Positions 16,932 through 17,984 of a DNA stretch of 17,984 nt are shown in pieces. A program made the position numbers and the translations under genes. The DNA is from a virus. Taxonomy: Duplodnaviria; Heunggongvirae; Uroviricota; Caudoviricetes. Under the pieces are notes generated by a model. It worked only from the letters and a program-made list of their open reading frames with translations, was not told the origin of the DNA and did no database searches. Position 1 is the stretch's first letter; each line of letters opens with the position of its first letter. The stretch lies in the IMG/VR virus record IMGVR_UViG_2541047596_000007, one strand, 5' to 3'.

Positions 16932-17984
16932 ATGGCAGTACGAAAACTCACCACAGGAAAATGGCTTTGCGAATGTTACCCCGCCGGACGTAGTGGACGT
17001 CGTGTGCGTAAACAATTCGCCACCAAAGGCGAAGCACTGGCTTTTGAGCGTCACACGATGGAAGAAACCGAAGCAAAGCCCTGGCTAGGTGAATCAGTGG
17101 ATCGTCGAACACTGAAAGACGTGGTTGAGCTATGGTTCAAACTACATGGTAAATCACTGACAGCTGGGCAGCATGTCTATGACAAATTGCTGCTGATGGT
17201 TGACGCTCTGGGCAATCCCCTTGCAACCGATCTAACCTCTAAAATGTTTGCCCACTATCGAGATAAACGCCTGACAGGTGAGATCTACTTCAGCGAGAAA
17301 TGGAAGAAAGGAGCAAGCCCGGTCACCATTAACCTGGAGCAAAGCTATCTAAGTAGTGTTTTTAGCGAACTATCCCGCCTGGGCGAATGGTCGTATCCGA
17401 ACCCACTGGAGAACATGCGAAAATTCACCATCGCAGAAAAAGAGATGGCATGGCTTACCCATGAGCAGATTGTTGAATTACTGGCTGATTGCAAACGTCA
17501 TGACCCAATTCTGGCACTGGTAGTTAAGATATGCTTAAGCACAGGCGCACGCTGGCGAGAAGCCGTAAATCTTACTCGTTCACAGGTGACCAAATACCGA
17601 ATTACCTTTGTAAGAACGAAGGGGAAGAAAAACAGAAGCATCCCTATCAGTAAAGAGCTTTACGAAGAGATCATGGCGCTTGATGGGTTCAATTTCTTCA
17701 CAGACTGCTATTTTCAATTTTTATCCGTGATGGAAAAAACGTCTATCGTCCTCCCTCGCGGTCAACTGACACACGTTCTGCGCCATACGTTTGCGGCGCA
17801 TTTCATGATGTCGGGTGGAAATATCCTTGCTTTGCAAAAAATCCTCGGACATCACGATATAAAAATGACTATGCGTTACGCTCATCTGGCACCGGATCAT
17901 CTGGAAACGGCGCTCCGTTTCAACCCTCTGGCAACGCTGCCAAGTGGCGACAAAGTGGCGGCAGCGGTTGGCATTACCCCGTAA
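16932..17984 (+). CDS. int: P2/186-type tyrosine integrase
   Basis: 350 aa with the tyrosine-recombinase catalytic pattern: R in STGARWREA, HxxR in HVLRHTFAAHF, and the tyrosine in MRYAHL. The N-terminus resembles P2 Int (MAVRKL vs MAIKKL). The stop codon is the last triplet of the window. Confidence 0.9.
   Translation: MAVRKLTTGKWLCECYPAGRSGRRVRKQFATKGEALAFERHTMEETEAKPWLGESVDRRTLKDVVELWFKLHGKSLTAGQHVYDKLLLMVDALGNPLATDLTSKMFAHYRDKRLTGEIYFSEKWKKGASPVTINLEQSYLSSVFSELSRLGEWSYPNPLENMRKFTIAEKEMAWLTHEQIVELLADCKRHDPILALVVKICLSTGARWREAVNLTRSQVTKYRITFVRTKGKKNRSIPISKELYEEIMALDGFNFFTDCYFQFLSVMEKTSIVLPRGQLTHVLRHTFAAHFMMSGGNILALQKILGHHDIKMTMRYAHLAPDHLETALRFNPLATLPSGDKVAAAVGITP

Noticed and set aside
16053-17054. 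Minus-strand ORFs of 67 and 60 aa near the cargo operon and int start
   Set aside because: Antisense to better-supported plus-strand genes, with no start context.
1-17984. tRNA, rRNA or CRISPR array
   Set aside because: No cloverleaf-like GC-rich ~75-nt structure, no rRNA-like segment and no regularly spaced direct repeats seen on reading. P2-family attachment sites are not necessarily tRNA-associated.

Overview
The window runs from an E. coli/Shigella-type chromosomal backbone (grxA, ybjM, ybjL; 1-2620) into a decayed P2/186-family prophage (about 2780 to the right edge, where the integrase stop codon coincides with the window end). The prophage keeps ogr, an N-terminally truncated gpD, a portal C-terminal fragment, a complete early/immunity/replication module (Cox/Apl-like, CII, small ORFs, TraR-like zinc finger, Dam methyltransferase, replication initiator A), a LexA-box-controlled DinI-like operon, a CI-like repressor and a P2-type integrase. 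It has no capsid or tail morphogenesis genes. Two visibly AT-rich cargo modules stand out. The first is a retron with type I-A architecture (msr/msd ncRNA with a perfect 25-bp msd stem, reverse transcriptase, PtuA-like ATPase, PtuB-like HNH nuclease) at the tin/old cargo position between gene A and the portal remnant. The second is an unrecognised two-gene operon immediately downstream of cI and upstream of int, encoding a 342-aa soluble protein translationally coupled to a 226-aa four-helix membrane protein; it mirrors lambda cI-rexA-rexB in position and architecture and is the best candidate here for an undescribed phage-exclusion system. All calls rest on reading the ORF translations and sequence by eye; no database search or computation was run.
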